Origin: Gonapodya sp. JEL0774
Taxonomy: Eukaryota
Length of the DNA stretch: 64,000 nt
Assembly: GCA_027604505.1 (NCBI GenBank)
Contig: JADIIX010000024.1
Location: 124,001 to 188,000 of the forward strand
Direction of reading: 5' to 3'
Shown: positions 60,271 to 64,000 of the stretch, one piece after another
Layout of the letters: every line of letters starts with the position of its first letter
How positions within the stretch are numbered: the first letter of the stretch is position 1
Translations under genes and position numbers: made by a program
The notes under the pieces: generated by a model
Told to the model about the DNA's origin: nothing
What the model saw: only the letters and a program-made list of their open reading frames with translations
Databases searched by the model: none

Positions 60271-63200
60271 ATGAGTAACAGCGGCAGTGGAAGACTTGTG
60301 GAATTCTTTTTCATCGTCGGGCTGGAGGAGAATGCTGACTTAGAGAGGGATGGGCAGCTTCACGAGAATGCAGTTGAGAGCAAGCGTGGAGCAGGCCTCG
60401 GACATAGCAATTCAAGATTGGACTGGCAGCATAAGGGAACAAGTAAAGCAGCAGTCGGTGCCGCGGGCGGAACAGAGGCAGGCTCAGTTATGGCTACTCA
60501 AAATCGACACTCTCCAAACCGGAAGATTCCCTCTACAACACAGCTTTCTTCAGCGCTCAACTCACGCGTATTAGATCCGCGCAGAGCATCTACACCTGAG
60601 TTGGCTTCTTCTCTGCCCGAGCCTTCCCCTCACGATCTAGCATTGCGTACCGCGTCTATACAATCTCGTGCTCCTTCTGTCGCCTCTCTTCGGCACAAAC
60701 AACCTTTATTTCGATCTTCTATTGCCGGTCTCCCTCCTCTTCCCGCTGCACCACGAGGTCTTTACTCCCCTCAGGAAGCACTTGCCTCTGCCGTTTTGTC
60801 CGACACTGACAAGCCTCTTCCGAATACGCCACTATCAATGTCACTGGTGGCGACTCCACCCGAATCAAATGTACCACCACCGCCGTTGCCCCCACGCAGG
60901 TCTTATCCTGTCTCATCTCCAGCGAAGTACGCTCAATCCGCTACCCAACTTTCGCACCTCACGAGTGCTGAGCTTGCTCAGTTCACTCTACCCAATACAA
61001 CCCACAATATCTCTGCTTCTAATGTTTCGAATGCTCTATCCACTGCTCTTCCATCCGGCGTGCCTCACCACCCAACCGAACTCTTATTTGAACCTCAACT
61101 CCTCTGCCGATATCCTCAGGCAGCTCCCTTATCCCACTTCTCGGACAGCGCACACGCCGTAACTTCTACCCAAACAGGTCGTAGTGCTGATATCTCCGAC
61201 AGAGCAGACTTTCCTCAGTGGGTGCCCATGGTTAGTTCTGCTCCCTGCCATGGTTTAAAACGATAGCGCAGTGCCCGCGCGGACTGCTTGCGGAATGTCA
61301 AATTTGCTCAAAGGACGAAGAAATTCCTTGCACTGAAGAGTATTGCCAGAAGAGGTTACTTACTCTTCGTTCCCGTTGCGATATGGAGTTTTCGGTGGTT
61401 ATCGGCGAACTTTGAAAAGGTTCTGCCATATTGGATACAGTTGCTTGTTTGTGCAATGTCCATTGCGAGTATCACAGTGTACTGATTAAGTGGCTGACCT
61501 GCCTTCCTCACATTACGTTCCCCCATACCTGCGGGGTGTGTCACGCCTCTAGTTTTGTTTTCCGAACTCGTTACGCCTCGCCTACTCCCCTACTGGACCG
61601 CCGCCACCTACGTGGCATTCGTTTGTGAGTGCTCGAGTGGATCGAAACTCGAAACTCTGGTCATCACCATCCGCCATTTCTCTGCAGATACTCACTGATG
61701 ATCATGCTCGCCGTCTTCACGGTGTGTGTGCAACTGTTTGGGAACCTCTGCGGGGTCGAATGCGGGATCAGTGTGAAGAGATGTGTGCGATGTGGAGACG
61801 AACGGCGATGGTGAGTGGTGGTTGGAGTCGGAAGATTTCTTGACCGGACAGGATGTGTCTCGGATTCGCATGTGTCTATCATCTTGGAGCAACGGGGACT
61901 GTGTTTTCATACTTTGTATTTGCCCATGCTCCAGACGGCCTCCGACCTCGAGTACGTCTCGTCCATCCGCCATCAGCATTCAATCCATGCCGCCAACCTC
62001 TCGTCTCTCCGTGCAACACTCGCTGCCCTTCCACCTGCCGTCCGCACTGCGCGCCAGTATTCAACTTCACCATCAGCACCCACGATTGGAGGGAAGTTCA
62101 CAGATTTGTCCTTGCTCGCCCGCCGCCGAGATCTGCTCCAATCTATCTCCGAAGCAGAAGAGCGGTGCGAGTTGTATGCGAGCTTGGTGCGCGATCTAGG
62201 ACCAGTGGGTGGTGTGGACGAAGTGTACTTGCCAGTTTGTGTGGGTGTCTTGAGCGAGGGTGGGTGGTGGGATGCCATGAAAGATTGGGTTGCGGGATAT
62301 GTGAAGGGTGTGAAGGAGAAGGGTTGGGGGGTTGGGATCGAGAGGTGAGTTCAGTTGGTGGACCGACGGCATACCAATGCGTAACGTTGTTTGGGCACCA
62401 CTGTATTGAATGTTGGACCAGGCTGGTGTCCAACTTGATTCACGAAATACCATCTCCTCCACCTGGCAAGTTTGAAGTTGCATTCTCTCCATTTCCGGGT
62501 TTGAAGGTGGACCTGTACGTCAGCAGGCCACCTTTGAATAGGGGCAGTGCTGTAAAAAATGTGAGTGGTTCTATTCTAGGACATCCCGCTATACCCCTGT
62601 GGTGATCTTTCAATACGATTGCCTTCCCAACTTGCTCTTTTGTTCTGAAATCCGAAGTTCTCTCTCTATCCCACACTCCGTCACCTGTCGCCTCCGACCC
62701 TTCTTCTCCTCCTCGAATGTCTCCTTCTCGAACGTCGTATCTTGCTCCTCTCCAACATACCTTCCCTCCTAACCCACGTCGCCTCGACTTTGTTTTTGCT
62801 AATGTACCCATTTCGGTGGGACTGGCCTTGCTTTCCTCTCTTACCCGCTCGGCTGAGGGATGTACTCGCAGCACCAGTGCCTTGGGTTGCTGGAATGGTG
62901 AAGGAAGGCAGTGATTGGGAGAGGAGTAACGGTAAGGAAGAGAAGTTATCGAAGAAGCCTAAATGGATTTTTGGTGAGGGAGAAGAGAGGGTGGTTCCTG
63001 AGGAGGTGTGTTAATTGTGGTTTGAGATCGTATTGTCGTGAATGATGAATATTGTCATTGTTTCCTTTTCACTCCTCCCCACTCTAAAACTACTCCTTGC
63101 CACAAACTCCGGTCAACGCGCACAACCAATGTGGTTGCCACCCAAGGCAATTGTTGTCGATCTTGATTCATGCACTGTCCACATCCACCCTGCTCATCCG

Positions 63201-64000
63201 CCCGTCGCACACTTACCGATTCGTATTCGGAAAAAATTTCTTGACACCATCGCCCGGTGTGCACCAATCGTCTGTTCTTCTGTGAATGCGAACACGTCCG
63301 TTGGTTCCGCAAATTCGCCGCTCGCGCAACCTTCGGTGCCCGCTTTTCGTTTGAAAGCACCTCTGTATATGCGGGAGCTGCTGCCGAAAGGCAAGTTTGT
63401 ACCCCTTTCTTCGCGGTCGGTAGTCAAATACCGCGAAGAACGAATGAGGGCCGCACAAGCGGCTCGGTACTTAGCTCTCGATGGGGTCGTTCGCAAAGGA
63501 TCCTACGACGAAGCAAAGGGTCTGGGACTCAGGCAAGCTGGCAGATCCCACAGTAAAGCGGTGTCTGCGTCGCTCAGACAAGGTAGTGGTTCTGCGACAA
63601 CAGTCGAAAATGCCGCCCACGGTGTGTTTGTTACGGAAACGGCGACCCCGAAGATGCGACTGCCGGATGGTCGCGCAGCATCCATTGCCATAACGGCGAG
63701 CGCAATCACTCCTGGTTCCAATGCAACCACATTGCCGTCTGGGAGTTCCTCACCCGCCACTGGATCGACACCCGTTGTTTCTTCTGCGGGAACGTGTCCG
63801 TCTGCGATATCCACACCAGCTCTCTCTTCGATCGGTGTGTCCCCCGCGACCGGATCCGCGCCTTCTGTGTCCTTGTCACCCAGCACTTATCCAAGACCAC
63901 CGCAAACTCCTCCCAATCCGTCATCACCCAACAAACGCCATAGGTTCTCAGGCTCTCGTTTGTCTCTCGCGCGACAGACGAGTACCGGGAGTCTCACCCC
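60271..64000 (+). CDS. DENN-domain Rab GEF (5' part; runs off the window)
   Basis: RLVEFFFIVG; FEPQLLCRYP; VPM/FCFP; ILTDD..HGVC; YLPVCVGVLS; LIHEIPSPPPG; LLERRILLLS..LMYPFRW..PLLP..VLAAPVPWVAG. Confidence 0.9.

Overview
Gene-dense, intron-rich eukaryotic DNA (short GT-AG introns, two 10-N gaps). An axonemal dynein heavy chain together with fungal-type COX9 and SurE genes points to a zoosporic early-diverging fungus (chytrid or monoblepharid-like; this is inference). Hand-spliced gene models: a UMA-domain (UBAP1/MVB12-like) protein, a NYN/LabA PIN-fold nuclease, RPS10, two paralogous unusual zinc-finger genes, an HMMR/RHAMM homologue, a bacterial-type FabI with 4 introns, a pyridoxamine-5'-phosphate-oxidase-like flavoprotein, SurE, COX9, a DNAH6-like dynein, an ankyrin-like protein, a mitochondrial carrier, a bacterial-type 2-keto-4-pentenoate hydratase and a partial DENN protein. 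The most striking non-coding signal is a 110-bp element present twice (2037-2146 and 29929-30038, about 84% identical). Both copies fit the nested double-pseudoknot pattern of HDV/CPEB3-like self-cleaving ribozymes. Also present: a decayed TIR DNA transposon, repeats and hairpins in introns, and a C-rich to G-rich switch of synonymous codons along several exons. All family assignments come from remembered motifs; no database search or folding program was run.
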